Shown piece by piece: positions 18,241-28,415 of a stretch of 64,000 nt of DNA (within the stretch, counting starts at the first letter, position 1; the number at the start of each line of letters is the position of its first letter). Below the pieces are notes generated by a model. That model saw nothing but the letters and a program-made list of their open reading frames with translations, was not told the origin of the DNA and did no database searches. A program made the translations under genes and the position numbers. Origin of the DNA: a virus (taxonomy: Duplodnaviria > Caudoviricetes); IMG/VR virus record IMGVR_UViG_3300005512_000001, positions 277,435 to 341,434 of that record. One strand, 5' to 3'.

Positions 18241-20118
18241 ATGGCTGGTTATATGGAATTAAATATGATTACTAATAAAAGCAGAATAGAGTGGGATACC
18301 AAAGCCGAGCGTGATAAGTATGTTGCGTTGTTGTCTAAAAAGTTTAATGCCCCTACCATAGCTAATATATTGCGTATAGGGAAGAGAACAGTTTATAGAA
18401 TCCAAGAAGCATTGGATATACAAACATCTCATAGGCCAGCATATTATAGTTTGGATTATAAATCAGAATTACAAATCATAGAATTATATAATAATAAAAT
18501 AGCAACATGCCAAATTGCAGACCAATTTAATATTACACCAGATACTGTACTTAATATAGTTAGGCGTCACGGCAGCATAACTAGAAATTCACGTGAGAGT
18601 TTAAGGCTGGCATTACAATCTGATAAACATAACGATTTCGAATATATTGATAGTGAACAAAAGAGTTATATTGTGGGGCTTATTTGTGCCGATGGTAACA
18701 TAACCGGCAATGTTGTGACTATAGGATTAAAGGATTCTGATTCTAAACTACTTTATGACATACAAAGATTTTTAAATATAGGGTCTGTTAATGTTGTAAA
18801 TAATTCTGGGTTTAAATTAGCTAGATTTAGAATGTGCAAATCGAAAATCGTCGAAGATTTGAAGAATATTGGCATTATCGACTTTAAATCAGATCGCCCT
18901 AACCTAATTAATTCGTTGGATGATAATCTATTTAGAGCTTTTCTACTTGGGTTTTTTGATGGTGATGGTATTCTGTGCAGGAGCCAATCACAATGCGGCT
19001 TTGTTGGCACTAAAAATGTGATGGAATCTATCAATAATAAGATTAATAGCGTACTAGGGATATCATTTAATCTTTTTGAACATGGGTCTATCTATAAATT
19101 AATAACTGGCAATAAACAATATATGTTGAAATTTTTAAAGTGGCTATACCAGGCCGACATCTTCTGTCTAAAGCGAAAAGAGAAATTAGCAAAAGCTTGG
19201 ATTAATAGGTTGTCATATGACTTAAAATGGTTTAATGGCAACAGGTTTTCTGCTGGGAATTTTTCCGTCAGGCCGCCAAGTTTGAGGATTAAGCTGATAA
19301 AAGAAGTTGTTGAGAAGGTAAGTAGCAGATGGATACCACCATCATATACGGCAAATGAGTTGAGAAGCGACCTCAATAAATGTATTGGTGAAAATGTTGA
19401 TGTGCTTAAAAAAGCTAGGCGATATGGCCGTAAATTGATGATTAATTACAACCCACATTTCTGGGATGTTAAGGTGAGGAAGACACCAACTATCCCAGAA
19501 GTATGGACGAAGGCCAGTATCAGAAAATGTATGAATATATTGTCGAACAACAATGGATCGGTTACATTTGAGAGATTGATTCGCGAAATCCAATTCCAGT
19601 TAAAATGCAATGTAGCGTCATTATTTCATCCTGGTTTTACTAGATCGATTTTTAGAAGATTTAACATATCTAAACACATGACAGTATTCGACCCATGTGG
19701 TGGATGGGGCGGTAGGCTGATTGGCGCATATATTGATGGTGTCAATTATATAAGCACCGAGGTTGACAACAACACATATAATGGCCTGGTTGGGATTAAA
19801 AGATTCTTGGGTTCTAACTGCACCATACACAATAAATCATGCTTTGATATTGTGTGGCCAAAATATGATGTTGTATTAACTTCTCCGCCATTCTTCAATA
19901 GTGAAGATTATAGTCAATGGCAATGCCATAAAGATTGGGTTGAGAGATTTGTCAAGCCTTTTTTAGATAGGGTCAATGCGAGATGCATATTGCATCTAAA
20001 TAAAACAACTATGCAAGACTTTGCTAGTATTAGGCAACCGGACGATGTTGTCGAGATTAAAACAAGACCTAATCCAAGAGCTAGCTGGAGTCATGAATAT
20101 TTAGTTGTGTTCAACTGA
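18241..20118 (+). CDS. HTH + LAGLIDADG homing endonuclease fused to amino-DNA methyltransferase
   Basis: YIVGLICADGNI and FLLGFFDGDG; FDPCGGWGGRL (SAM motif I); TSPPFF (motif IV). Confidence 0.85.
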   Translation: MAGYMELNMITNKSRIEWDTKAERDKYVALLSKKFNAPTIANILRIGKRTVYRIQEALDIQTSHRPAYYSLDYKSELQIIELYNNKIATCQIADQFNITPDTVLNIVRRHGSITRNSRESLRLALQSDKHNDFEYIDSEQKSYIVGLICADGNITGNVVTIGLKDSDSKLLYDIQRFLNIGSVNVVNNSGFKLARFRMCKSKIVEDLKNIGIIDFKSDRPNLINSLDDNLFRAFLLGFFDGDGILCRSQSQCGFVGTKNVMESINNKINSVLGISFNLFEHGSIYKLITGNKQYMLKFLKWLYQADIFCLKRKEKLAKAWINRLSYDLKWFNGNRFSAGNFSVRPPSLRIKLIKEVVEKVSSRWIPPSYTANELRSDLNKCIGENVDVLKKARRYGRKLMINYNPHFWDVKVRKTPTIPEVWTKASIRKCMNILSNNNGSVTFERLIREIQFQLKCNVASLFHPGFTRSIFRRFNISKHMTVFDPCGGWGGRLIGAYIDGVNYISTEVDNNTYNGLVGIKRFLGSNCTIHNKSCFDIVWPKYDVVLTSPPFFNSEDYSQWQCHKDWVERFVKPFLDRVNARCILHLNKTTMQDFASIRQPDDVVEIKTRPNPRASWSHEYLVVFN

Positions 20119-20784
20119 ATAATAATATGCATATTTGGGGTCATTCTTTATAGCCTCTTCACCCTCAGGCCATCTTCCCCTAATAATATCACGGGCATAG
20201 CGATATGCATATTCAGGGTCACTCTTTATAGCCTCTTCACCCTCAGGCCATCTTCCTCCAATAACATAATGGGCATAGCGATATACATATTCAGGGTTAT
20301 TCTTTATAGCCTCTTCACCCTCGGCCCATCTTCCCTTAATAATATCATAGGCATAACGATATGTCCATTTAGGGTCATTCTTTATAGCCTCTTCACCCTC
20401 AAGCCATCTTCCTCTAATAATATCACGGGCATAGAAATATGCATATTTAGGGTCACTCTTTATAGCTTCTTCGCCCTCAGGCCATCTTCCTCTAATAACA
20501 TCACAGGCATAATAATATGCATATTCAGGGTCATTCTTTATGGCCTCTTCACCCTCAGGCCATCTTCCCTTAATAATATTACGAGTATAATAATATGCCC
20601 ATCCAGGGTCATTCTTTATAACCTCTTCACCCTCAGGCCATCTTCCCTTAATAATATTACGAGTATAATAATATGCTTGCTCTGCATTGAAGATGCGTAT
20701 TTCCTCTGAGCCGTCGTCATAGCCCACAATGTCTTTAAAATCGGGGTCCTCTAGTCTATCGGGATGTGGCGTTATGATAATCAT
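20101..20784 (-). CDS. 26-aa helical repeat protein, copy B (7 GRW repeats)
   Basis: GRWPEGEEAIKxDPxxAYxYAxDVIx repeats; 78-bp period. Confidence 0.85.
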   Translation of the reverse strand: MIIITPHPDRLEDPDFKDIVGYDDGSEEIRIFNAEQAYYYTRNIIKGRWPEGEEVIKNDPGWAYYYTRNIIKGRWPEGEEAIKNDPEYAYYYACDVIRGRWPEGEEAIKSDPKYAYFYARDIIRGRWLEGEEAIKNDPKWTYRYAYDIIKGRWAEGEEAIKNNPEYVYRYAHYVIGGRWPEGEEAIKSDPEYAYRYARDIIRGRWPEGEEAIKNDPKYAYYYSVEHN

Positions 20785-21551
20785 CGCACCGTCTTGTGTC
20801 TTCCCTCATAGTGATATGCATATTCAGGGCTACTCTTTATAACCTCTTCACCCTCAGGCCATCTTCCTCTAATAATGTCACGGGCATAATAATATGCCCA
20901 TTTAGGGTCACTCTTTATAGCCTCTTCACCCTCAAGCCATCTTCCCTTAATAACATTACAGGCATAACAATATGTATATTCAGGGTCACTCTTTATAGCC
21001 TCTTCACCCTCAAGCCATCTTCCCTTAATAACATCGCAAGCATAATAATATGCATATTCAGGGTCATTCTTTATGGCCTCTTCACCCTCAGGCCATCTTC
21101 CCTTAATAACATCACAGGCATAGTAATGTGCCCATTTAGGGTCATTCTTTATGGCCTCTTCACCTTCAGGCCATCTTCCCTTAATAACATCACAGGCATA
21201 GAAATATGCATATTTAGGGTCACTCTTTATAGCCTCTTCGCCCTCAGGCCATCTTCCCTTAATAACATTACAGGCATAAGAATATGCCCATCCAGGGTCA
21301 CTCTTTATAGCCTCTTCACCCTCAGGCCATCTTCCCCTAATAACATCACGGGCATAGCGATATGCCCATCCAGGGTCATTCTTTATGGCCTCTTCACCCT
21401 CGGCCCATCTTCCTCTAATAACATAATGGGCATAGCAATATGCTTGCTTTACATTGAAGATACGTATTTCCTCTGAGCCGTCGTCATAGCCCACAATGTC
21501 TTTAAAATCGGGGTCCTCTAGTCTATCGGGATGTGGCGTTATGATAATCAT
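20781..21551 (-). CDS. 26-aa helical repeat protein, copy A (8 GRW repeats)
   Basis: Same repeat; first 33 aa identical to copy B. Confidence 0.85.
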   Translation of the reverse strand: MIIITPHPDRLEDPDFKDIVGYDDGSEEIRIFNVKQAYCYAHYVIRGRWAEGEEAIKNDPGWAYRYARDVIRGRWPEGEEAIKSDPGWAYSYACNVIKGRWPEGEEAIKSDPKYAYFYACDVIKGRWPEGEEAIKNDPKWAHYYACDVIKGRWPEGEEAIKNDPEYAYYYACDVIKGRWLEGEEAIKSDPEYTYCYACNVIKGRWLEGEEAIKSDPKWAYYYARDIIRGRWPEGEEVIKSSPEYAYHYEGRHKTVR

Positions 21552-21565
21552 AAGCGGCGTAGCTT

Positions 21566-21976
21566 TTAGGCTCTTTTATTCCATTTTCTTCTTACCCAAT
21601 GCGGATTTGCTGCACTGACCGACATCTCAATATTGCATTTTATGTTTGGGCAGCGGCTCACAGCACGTCTAGTATCATGCCATTCATAACCACGAGCCAA
21701 TTTGTATTCACACCAGAAATGTATAATTATGCCTTTGTGCCCACAGAATGGACAAAATGACATATTGTGGTTTTGTTTTGCTAAGGCATTCCAGGCTTTT
21801 CGCACTAAAGGTGCATGCGTATTGGCAACGCCACGCGACATGATGCATTCTGTGTTTGGGCAATGGCCCCTGAATCTATCATAATTGCCTTTATTATGGC
21901 ACAAACTTATGACAGCCCAACACCCACAAATAGGGCAGTTATCCATAAGTTTGGTTTCTCTCTCTAGGCTTGTCAT
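21566..21976 (-). CDS. Tandem Lar-like (restriction alleviation) Zn-finger protein
   Basis: Two CPxCG...CPNxxC...WN units. Confidence 0.55.
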   Translation of the reverse strand: MTSLERETKLMDNCPICGCWAVISLCHNKGNYDRFRGHCPNTECIMSRGVANTHAPLVRKAWNALAKQNHNMSFCPFCGHKGIIIHFWCEYKLARGYEWHDTRRAVSRCPNIKCNIEMSVSAANPHWVRRKWNKRA

Positions 21977-22551
21977 ACTACACGCACAATTTGTTTTGGC
22001 GATATGTTCATCCCAGTATCCCTGCCATCTACGACAATAATGTAATTATTAATATTGCATTTTTTGATGGTGGCCCTATGTATGGTATTGCCGAGCTGGA
22101 GTTCAATCCTGCAGCCGGGCCATAATTTCGGGTATTTTGGCAGAGTTGTGAAGTTGCTTAATTTCATGCGGAGGGCGTTGATGATGGTGCTGATTTGGTC
22201 GTCCGATAATTCAGCTTCTTCTATAGAATCAAGAATCCTAGTGTGTGCACCGAATTCAAGCATATTGATGGGTAAGACTTGTCGAGGCGGGCCAAAATCC
22301 GCACATATAACACACAAACCCTGCTCTCTACTTATCACGAGAACTCTACCATATGTCTGGTGAAATGCCCACCTATCATTTCTGTCAGTAGCGGTATCTA
22401 TTTCTATATTATCTTGTCGTTCCTGGCAATTATTGTAGTGGGCTTGCCTATCTCCTTCATGTATATAACCACAATAAGGACATTGCTCACCTGCGAGTGC
22501 ATCTTCTATGCTAAACGCACTGATCGGCGTAACTGACTGTTTCAACTGCAA
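21973..22551 (-). CDS. Hypothetical protein
   Basis: TTG start after AAGGAG; CPYCG; SH3-like C-terminus. Confidence 0.6.
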   Translation of the reverse strand: MQLKQSVTPISAFSIEDALAGEQCPYCGYIHEGDRQAHYNNCQERQDNIEIDTATDRNDRWAFHQTYGRVLVISREQGLCVICADFGPPRQVLPINMLEFGAHTRILDSIEEAELSDDQISTIINALRMKLSNFTTLPKYPKLWPGCRIELQLGNTIHRATIKKCNINNYIIVVDGRDTGMNISPKQIVRVV

Positions 22552-22567
22552 CTCCTTTATAAATTAT

Positions 22568-22607
22568 ATGCGGCTATGGTGCGGCTGGTGCGGTTATGGT
22601 GCGGCTA
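22568..22607. repeat. Four phased TGCGG(C/T)T repeats in divergent intergenic region
   Basis: atgcggctatggtgcggctggtgcggttatggtgcggct; 9-11-bp spacing. Confidence 0.7.
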
Positions 22608-22701
22608 TTAAATACTCGTCCGACGCGTTGTGTCGCGCAGCGACGGCAACAACAACTAATCTTTTTGCATTCCGGGCCAAAAATATAATGGAGAATTATA
22701 C

Positions 22702-23124
22702 ATGAGACAACGACTATTTAAAAAGGCCCTCGACGTAATTCTTGAAGACACTGAATTATTCATATCGGCTGCTGCGGCTTTGGACGAATTAGATGCGGCC
22801 AGACAGGCAGTTGATGACGCCGGGGTAAGGGTGAGTCATGAGGTCGACGCATTGAACGGCCAGCTTGCTGTACAAATACGTCGGAATAACCCATCGCTTG
22901 ATGTCAGCATGGGGCGTGCTGGCGATTGTGTGGTAAGGTACGGCAGACGCAATAAATGTCTTAGGTTGTGTGCTGACCCTCGTAATCAATGTTTTACATG
23001 CGGAGATTCGCCATTTGAAAGACGATTTAGGCGATACCATGGCCACAAACTTGATGCTGGTGTGGAATTGCTTGGGAAAGCAATTGCGGATTTCTTTAGA
23101 CAAAATTATAGGTCGATAAGATAA
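22702..23124 (+). CDS. Hypothetical protein
   Basis: RBS GGAG upstream. Confidence 0.65.
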   Translation: MRQRLFKKALDVILEDTELFISAAAALDELDAARQAVDDAGVRVSHEVDALNGQLAVQIRRNNPSLDVSMGRAGDCVVRYGRRNKCLRLCADPRNQCFTCGDSPFERRFRRYHGHKLDAGVELLGKAIADFFRQNYRSIR

Positions 23125-23161
23125 GAGGTGTATTATTAACGCAGAAGCTATCATAACAGCG

Positions 23162-23788
23162 TTGTTGGCTAACCTTGGTGACCCGAGGGAATTTATGGCT
23201 GCATCCGAAAATGTGAAGACCCCTAATATATCCCAGCGGGCTGCAGCGGCATTTAAAAAGAAATTTGGACTTCTTGGCAAGGCCAATGCACACCAAAATA
23301 TTATAAAATTCCTAAATAGATTGTCGAAAGCAATAGAACTAGAAAAAGAAAAGAATGCAGCTGCTTCCGCTGCTAAGTCAGATGTTGCCACCGAGAGCCA
23401 ATACCACGCTGCAACTGGCTCGCATTTGCGGAATCAAACCGCTTGGCCTGCAAGCATAACGCCAAGTAAATCGTTTGGCGGTGTGAGAGACACCGGCGGC
23501 GGCAAAAAGAAAAAGAACGCGCGTAAGCGTATGCGCGAGAATATTTCTCACCGATTAGATTCAATATTTAGCGTACTCGGCGAAGAGGTTGCTGTTAGAA
23601 ATAATGAGGCTGCTCTAGCTGCTGAAAGAGGGCAATTTATAGTTGATGGTGAAGTAGCTATAGGTAATCATGCAGATATTCTGAAAATATTAGTTATGTG
23701 GCTTGCGGAGAACAGGCCGGAAGTAGCAAAATCAGCAGTAGATAGTATAGCAGATATGGTGCGTAGTGGCACTGTCTTCCGAGGATAA
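23162..23788 (+). CDS. Hypothetical protein (start uncertain, possibly ATT at 23135)
   Basis: Long ORF in operon; GAGGTG RBS at 23125. Confidence 0.6.
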   Translation: MLANLGDPREFMAASENVKTPNISQRAAAAFKKKFGLLGKANAHQNIIKFLNRLSKAIELEKEKNAAASAAKSDVATESQYHAATGSHLRNQTAWPASITPSKSFGGVRDTGGGKKKKNARKRMRENISHRLDSIFSVLGEEVAVRNNEAALAAERGQFIVDGEVAIGNHADILKILVMWLAENRPEVAKSAVDSIADMVRSGTVFRG

Positions 23789-23799
23789 TTGGAGTTAAA

Positions 23800-24864
23800 A
23801 TGAATAACACGGTAAGTATACCAGAATCATATGCGACCTTTAAGGGTGAGATTGAGATTGAAGTACGCGATCGCACTGGCAACGTTATTGACAGGCGTCG
23901 TGAACCTAACCTCATCAAAATCTTTGCGAAAGAGATGTTGGCGCATACGCTCCCATATTCAATGATATGGGACCCAACGGCCGGAACAGGTGCTGGGGCG
24001 TGGGTTAACAGCAATATCGACCCGTTAGAAGAATTTGCTGCTAAGTATATCTTATTTGGTGCCTCGTTTGATGACAATGGCCTGCCGCTGAGCGATGCTG
24101 ACCCTAGGTATTACCAAACAGACCCTGTTACTGGTGGCTCTGTTGCTATTACTCCAGATGTTGGTGCTGATAATTTTGGTGACCTAATAAATCCTGTTCC
24201 TATTTCGGAACCAGACCGGCCACTTAAGCGAATTGAGAATATTTATTTTGAACCATCATATCAACCAGCCGATAGTCCGTTGCTAAATGCTGATGTTCGC
24301 GCAATCAATAATGTGCTTGTGCTTGAAACGACACTTCGGCAGAATGAATACAATGGGTTTGGCACTAGCGATAGCGACTTCTTTACGATTACAGAAGTCG
24401 CACTAGCTGGCGGTGCTCCATTTAATGCAGATATTGGTATGTGCGAATGCGAGCCACAGATATTGTTCTTAGAAGGGGTTGGCGGCGAGAAGGATGCACA
24501 AATTATAGCGACCATGAACGCTAGTTCTACGGTCACTATTGACCCAACCGTTGCTGCAGCAGATGTCAATCGAATAGTAGAGGGCGACCAAATCTTATTG
24601 GTTGCTAGGTCATCTGGTTCTGCAGATTCGTATGACACAATGGACCAGACAAATCCCTATTATCTTGTGACATCAAAGACCGTTGGTGGGCGAGACATGG
24701 TATTAGACCGAACCCCTGTTGACAGCGATGGGACCGCATTGACTGGCAATGCTGGTGTTTATCGCTCGACATTAAGGTTGTTCTCACAACGCATACTATC
24801 AATACCATTTAGGAAGTCACAGGACTTCGAAATCCTGTGTCGATGGAGAATTGCAATGAATTAG
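23800..24864 (+). CDS. Tail/baseplate-associated structural protein
   Basis: FKGEIEIEVRD..NLI N-terminus, ITEVAL, FRKSQDFEILCRWRI C-terminus typical of tail-fibre/baseplate proteins. Confidence 0.55.
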   Translation: MNNTVSIPESYATFKGEIEIEVRDRTGNVIDRRREPNLIKIFAKEMLAHTLPYSMIWDPTAGTGAGAWVNSNIDPLEEFAAKYILFGASFDDNGLPLSDADPRYYQTDPVTGGSVAITPDVGADNFGDLINPVPISEPDRPLKRIENIYFEPSYQPADSPLLNADVRAINNVLVLETTLRQNEYNGFGTSDSDFFTITEVALAGGAPFNADIGMCECEPQILFLEGVGGEKDAQIIATMNASSTVTIDPTVAAADVNRIVEGDQILLVARSSGSADSYDTMDQTNPYYLVTSKTVGGRDMVLDRTPVDSDGTALTGNAGVYRSTLRLFSQRILSIPFRKSQDFEILCRWRIAMN

Positions 24865-24903
24865 AGGAATCGAAAGATTAATTGTAGATACTTAAGGTGA
24901 CCA

Positions 24904-25527
24904 ATGAAACTCTACGGCTTACATCTTTTTGAAGAAGCTGATGCCCCAGGCGGCCAATCTAATACTGTTGCGAAGATTGTGGCCGCCGCGTTAAAGGGAA
25001 TAGGCCGCGCCATATTGGCTCTTAGCTCTGTTATTGTGCATGGATTGCTTGGCCAGGCAGTCGCTGATGGTAAGGTAAAACCATCTGATGCTGTAGACGC
25101 TGTGAGAGTCGATAGGCGTAAGAAGCTTCGAGATATATTCAAAAAAGACGGTAAAGACCCCGACAGCTTAGACCCAACTGACCCTGTTAGTGCTGATGTA
25201 GAATCCAACTCCAAAAAATACCAAGAAGTGCGTGGTATGATAGCTGAATTAGAGGAATTGTGGAAAGAGGCTGCCGATAAGGCATCAATAGCTCTAGCAG
25301 AATGGTCTGCTTCAGACAATTTCTTTAAAATTGCACGTACCAAGAGCCTTGAAGGTGCTCTAGAATATGAAGCAAGTATTTTAAAGAAGGTATATGAGTT
25401 TGTACATAAGCATTTAGAAATTGCTAAAAAACGCAAAAATCAAGATGCAGAGCACACAGAGCAAGATGCAGAACAAGAACCTACTCAAGATGAAATTGAT
25501 TTACAAACCGCCTCATCGCCAGAATAA
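24904..25527 (+). CDS. Hypothetical protein
   Basis: RBS AAGGTG; helical. Confidence 0.6.
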   Translation: MKLYGLHLFEEADAPGGQSNTVAKIVAAALKGIGRAILALSSVIVHGLLGQAVADGKVKPSDAVDAVRVDRRKKLRDIFKKDGKDPDSLDPTDPVSADVESNSKKYQEVRGMIAELEELWKEAADKASIALAEWSASDNFFKIARTKSLEGALEYEASILKKVYEFVHKHLEIAKKRKNQDAEHTEQDAEQEPTQDEIDLQTASSPE

Positions 25528-25624
25528 CCTACGTCCCCTATCTAACGTCACTCATATCTCGGAATTGTTGTATCTTATGTAGCTGACATATAAAGATATA
25601 GGGGACATAAAAAAGGATAAGTGC

Positions 25625-26899
25625 ATGGCCATAAAGGTAGATGTGAAAGACCTAAAAGCAGCAGTCGCTGCGATGAAGAAATTTGGAAGTCCAACTACTG
25701 CTGCGAAATATCTCAATATTTCACGCAGCACACTTTACACACGTCTAGATATTGCCAAGCGGCAAGGTATTGTTGGTGCAGATGAAGACCCGAGCGATTT
25801 AAAAGTAATTTCTTTAGAGCGAGATATTACTATATTAAAGGATAGAATTAGTACTCTAAATACGAGGCTAAAACATCATCACAGAGAGCATGGCGTATAT
25901 GAAGCATTATGTGATGAACTACATAAAGTTGTGACCCCATTAGAACCGCTCCCACCGTTGCCGATTGAAATAGAAAAGCGAGAACATACAGAATCGCTTG
26001 TTATGCATATTAGTGATGAACATGCTGACCAAATCGTAGAGCCGCATAGGGTTGGCGGGATGGAAGAATATAATTACAAAGTTGCGCTTGCACGTGCTGA
26101 GCGTTTTGTTGACAAGGTGATTTCTATTAGCTGCAATACGTTGTCTAATTACCATTTTAATGAACTATGGATTTTGGCGTATGGTGACCATGTTAACGGC
26201 GAGATTCACGACAGCACAAACCATTCTGAATATAGGAACGCTTTTGATAATGCTTTGGCCGTTGGCCAGATGCACGCATTGATGATTCGCGACTTAGCAC
26301 CATACTTCCCATCGATTAAGGTTTTATATTTATCTGGCAATCATGGCCGTAGGTCTGCTAAAAAAGATTATAAATCTCCCAAGAACAATTGGGATTATCT
26401 TGTTGGTAGGACGGCCGAAATGTTGTGTATGAATATTGAGAATGCGGAATTCTTGATACCAGATAGTTTTAGTTTTACATTCGAAATTAATGGTTGGAAC
26501 TTTTGCGCATTCCATGGCGATGATATTAGGTCATGGAACAACATCCCGCATTATGGCATAGAACGTAAAACCCGCCGATTAACGGCAATCCATGCGGCGC
26601 AGGGCAGGCAAGTTCATTATTTCGTGATGGGACATTTCCATAGTAGGTCCGAATTTGAACACCCTAGCGGCGAGGTTATAATGAATGGTGCATGGATTGC
26701 TGCCGATGAATATTCATATGAGGCATTGGGGTTGATAACTAAGCCAAGTCAGATGTTGCATGGTGTGGGCCAGAGATATGGTGTGTCGTTTAGATTCCCG
26801 ATTTACCTGAAATTCGATGGTGACACCAAAGGACCGCAGAGATATACTGCGCCGCTTCAGACGCTTGGACATTTGCAGAATTTCCCGAAATTTAAATAA
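25625..26899 (+). CDS. HTH + calcineurin-like metallophosphoesterase
   Basis: AAKYLNISRSTLY; SDEH, GDHVNGEIH, GNHGR, HGD, GHFH. Confidence 0.85.
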   Translation: MAIKVDVKDLKAAVAAMKKFGSPTTAAKYLNISRSTLYTRLDIAKRQGIVGADEDPSDLKVISLERDITILKDRISTLNTRLKHHHREHGVYEALCDELHKVVTPLEPLPPLPIEIEKREHTESLVMHISDEHADQIVEPHRVGGMEEYNYKVALARAERFVDKVISISCNTLSNYHFNELWILAYGDHVNGEIHDSTNHSEYRNAFDNALAVGQMHALMIRDLAPYFPSIKVLYLSGNHGRRSAKKDYKSPKNNWDYLVGRTAEMLCMNIENAEFLIPDSFSFTFEINGWNFCAFHGDDIRSWNNIPHYGIERKTRRLTAIHAAQGRQVHYFVMGHFHSRSEFEHPSGEVIMNGAWIAADEYSYEALGLITKPSQMLHGVGQRYGVSFRFPIYLKFDGDTKGPQRYTAPLQTLGHLQNFPKFK

Positions 26900-27422
26900 T
26901 CTTCCAGTAAGGCACATCAAGGTAGAAACCAACATTGTCCTCTATTTTGATGTGCCCATATACGCCGTTGACTAATACAGCCCTATAATCTACTATTGCG
27001 ACTTGCATATTTATATCATGATATGCTATGAAGTTTCTAGGTACATTGCAGTATATATAACTTCTATTTAACCAATCAATAGCCCGTGCTCCGACGAATA
27101 AGCCAGGAATGCCTAATTTGCTTATGCTTTGCAACGTTCCTTGTTGTGTAGATTTTATCTCCACACAAACATTATTGCCCCAAGAATCAATTGGGAGGCA
27201 ATCGATAAAAGCATCTTTATGTAATGGATTAGTAAATAGGTTTTGTCCTTTGGGGTGGTATATCTTTTCTAATGGGACCCCAAGGTAATTTGACACAATT
27301 TGAATCGCATCAAATTCTTGTTTTACTAATTCTTCATTTGGAAATTTTGTAAACCTCCATGATGGCTCAGCACCGACATCATCTACCATCATACTTAATA
27401 ATTTTTTCTGTGATTCGTTCAT
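26892..27422 (-). CDS. Putative PD-(D/E)xK nuclease
   Basis: FIDC..VCVEIKS. Confidence 0.45.
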   Translation of the reverse strand: MNESQKKLLSMMVDDVGAEPSWRFTKFPNEELVKQEFDAIQIVSNYLGVPLEKIYHPKGQNLFTNPLHKDAFIDCLPIDSWGNNVCVEIKSTQQGTLQSISKLGIPGLFVGARAIDWLNRSYIYCNVPRNFIAYHDINMQVAIVDYRAVLVNGVYGHIKIEDNVGFYLDVPYWKII

Positions 27423-27526
27423 GTTATTTAAATACTATCACAGAAGTATGATTTAACTGGCTTCTGTGTGTTTTTTGATGTGAGCTATGTAATTTCTTGT
27501 GTGACTAACGCGGGCCACTCAAAGCT

Positions 27527-27871
27527 ATGAGAATGTGGATGATTCAACCTATATTGATGTGCCGGAAACATTTATTGGGCGAGCATGGAGAAATCCATAA
27601 ACATCGCCACAATTTTGTGAAGCATCATTCAATAACTAAACGAGTCAAGCTTGGCCAGATTGCGCCTGCTGCTATGCAGAATCGACATGATGCCCTTGTT
27701 GTTGAGATGCTGAACCGTGGGTATAAACACAATAGCCCATATGAGCAGCCAGATATTAGTTATTTGCCGATAGAGTATCAGCTATCGACGGTAAATGCAG
27801 AACAATCTTTATTAGAATTAGTAAAACGATGCCCACAATGTGCAGAGAGGGTTGCTAGAGGAAGTATGTAG
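27527..27871 (+). CDS. Pyrimidine-dimer DNA glycosylase (DenV-like)
   Basis: MRMWM..MCRKHLLGEHGEIH..RHDALVVEMLNRGYKHNSP. Confidence 0.8.
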   Translation: MRMWMIQPILMCRKHLLGEHGEIHKHRHNFVKHHSITKRVKLGQIAPAAMQNRHDALVVEMLNRGYKHNSPYEQPDISYLPIEYQLSTVNAEQSLLELVKRCPQCAERVARGSM

Positions 27872-27905
27872 TTTCTGCACGGTGTGCTGTGCGTCATAAT
27901 AACAC

Positions 27906-28082
27906 ATGGATGAGACAAAAAGAGAAATAGTGGATGATATCGAGGATATGATTTATGATTTGTGCCCGCCTAAGTCTAAAAATCTCACGGCAACCACACT
28001 AAAAGAAAAGTTGGACGCCGCCAAAACTGATGTATTAAACGTTTTGTTGGGTAAAATTGCCGCGAAATATCCGCAAGAGTAG
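27906..28082 (+). CDS. Small hypothetical protein (58 aa)
   Basis: MDETKREIVDDIEDMIYDLC..KYPQE*; below ORF-track cutoff. Confidence 0.5.
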   Translation: MDETKREIVDDIEDMIYDLCPPKSKNLTATTLKEKLDAAKTDVLNVLLGKIAAKYPQE

Positions 28083-28415
28083 ATAAAAGCGAGACGATTT
28101 CGTGCAAAAATAATTGCGACGTATTTGAGCTTGTGGCCATTTGGCCAGGAGTTGGAACGATGGAAACCATGCGAACCACAACAAGACGCATATCAAACCT
28201 CGGCAAACGCCATTTGCGCCTGCACGTTGGTTGTGGTTCGTTATTTAGTAATTATAAGCAAACAACGTGCGGGCGAATTTGCCTGCGGTCCTGAACCCCG
28301 ACGCTGACGTAACAAGGAAGCGTGTCCGAGTGGTTGAAGGATTGAGGGTATAAATACCCCATTCTAGGATATGCTCCTAATTTATTTGGAGATAGATAAA
28401 GAATGATTGGTACTC

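Noticed and set aside
20269-21476. Plus-strand hydrophobic repeat ORFs
   Set aside because: Antisense shadows of the 78-bp repeats
20101-21551. Diversity-generating retroelement target/template pair
   Set aside because: No reverse transcriptase in the window, both copies are coding, and variation is not adenine-restricted
23135-23137. Systematic use of ATT start codons (also 49865, 62508)
   Set aside because: Alternative TTG, GTG or ATG starts exist in each case; insufficient evidence
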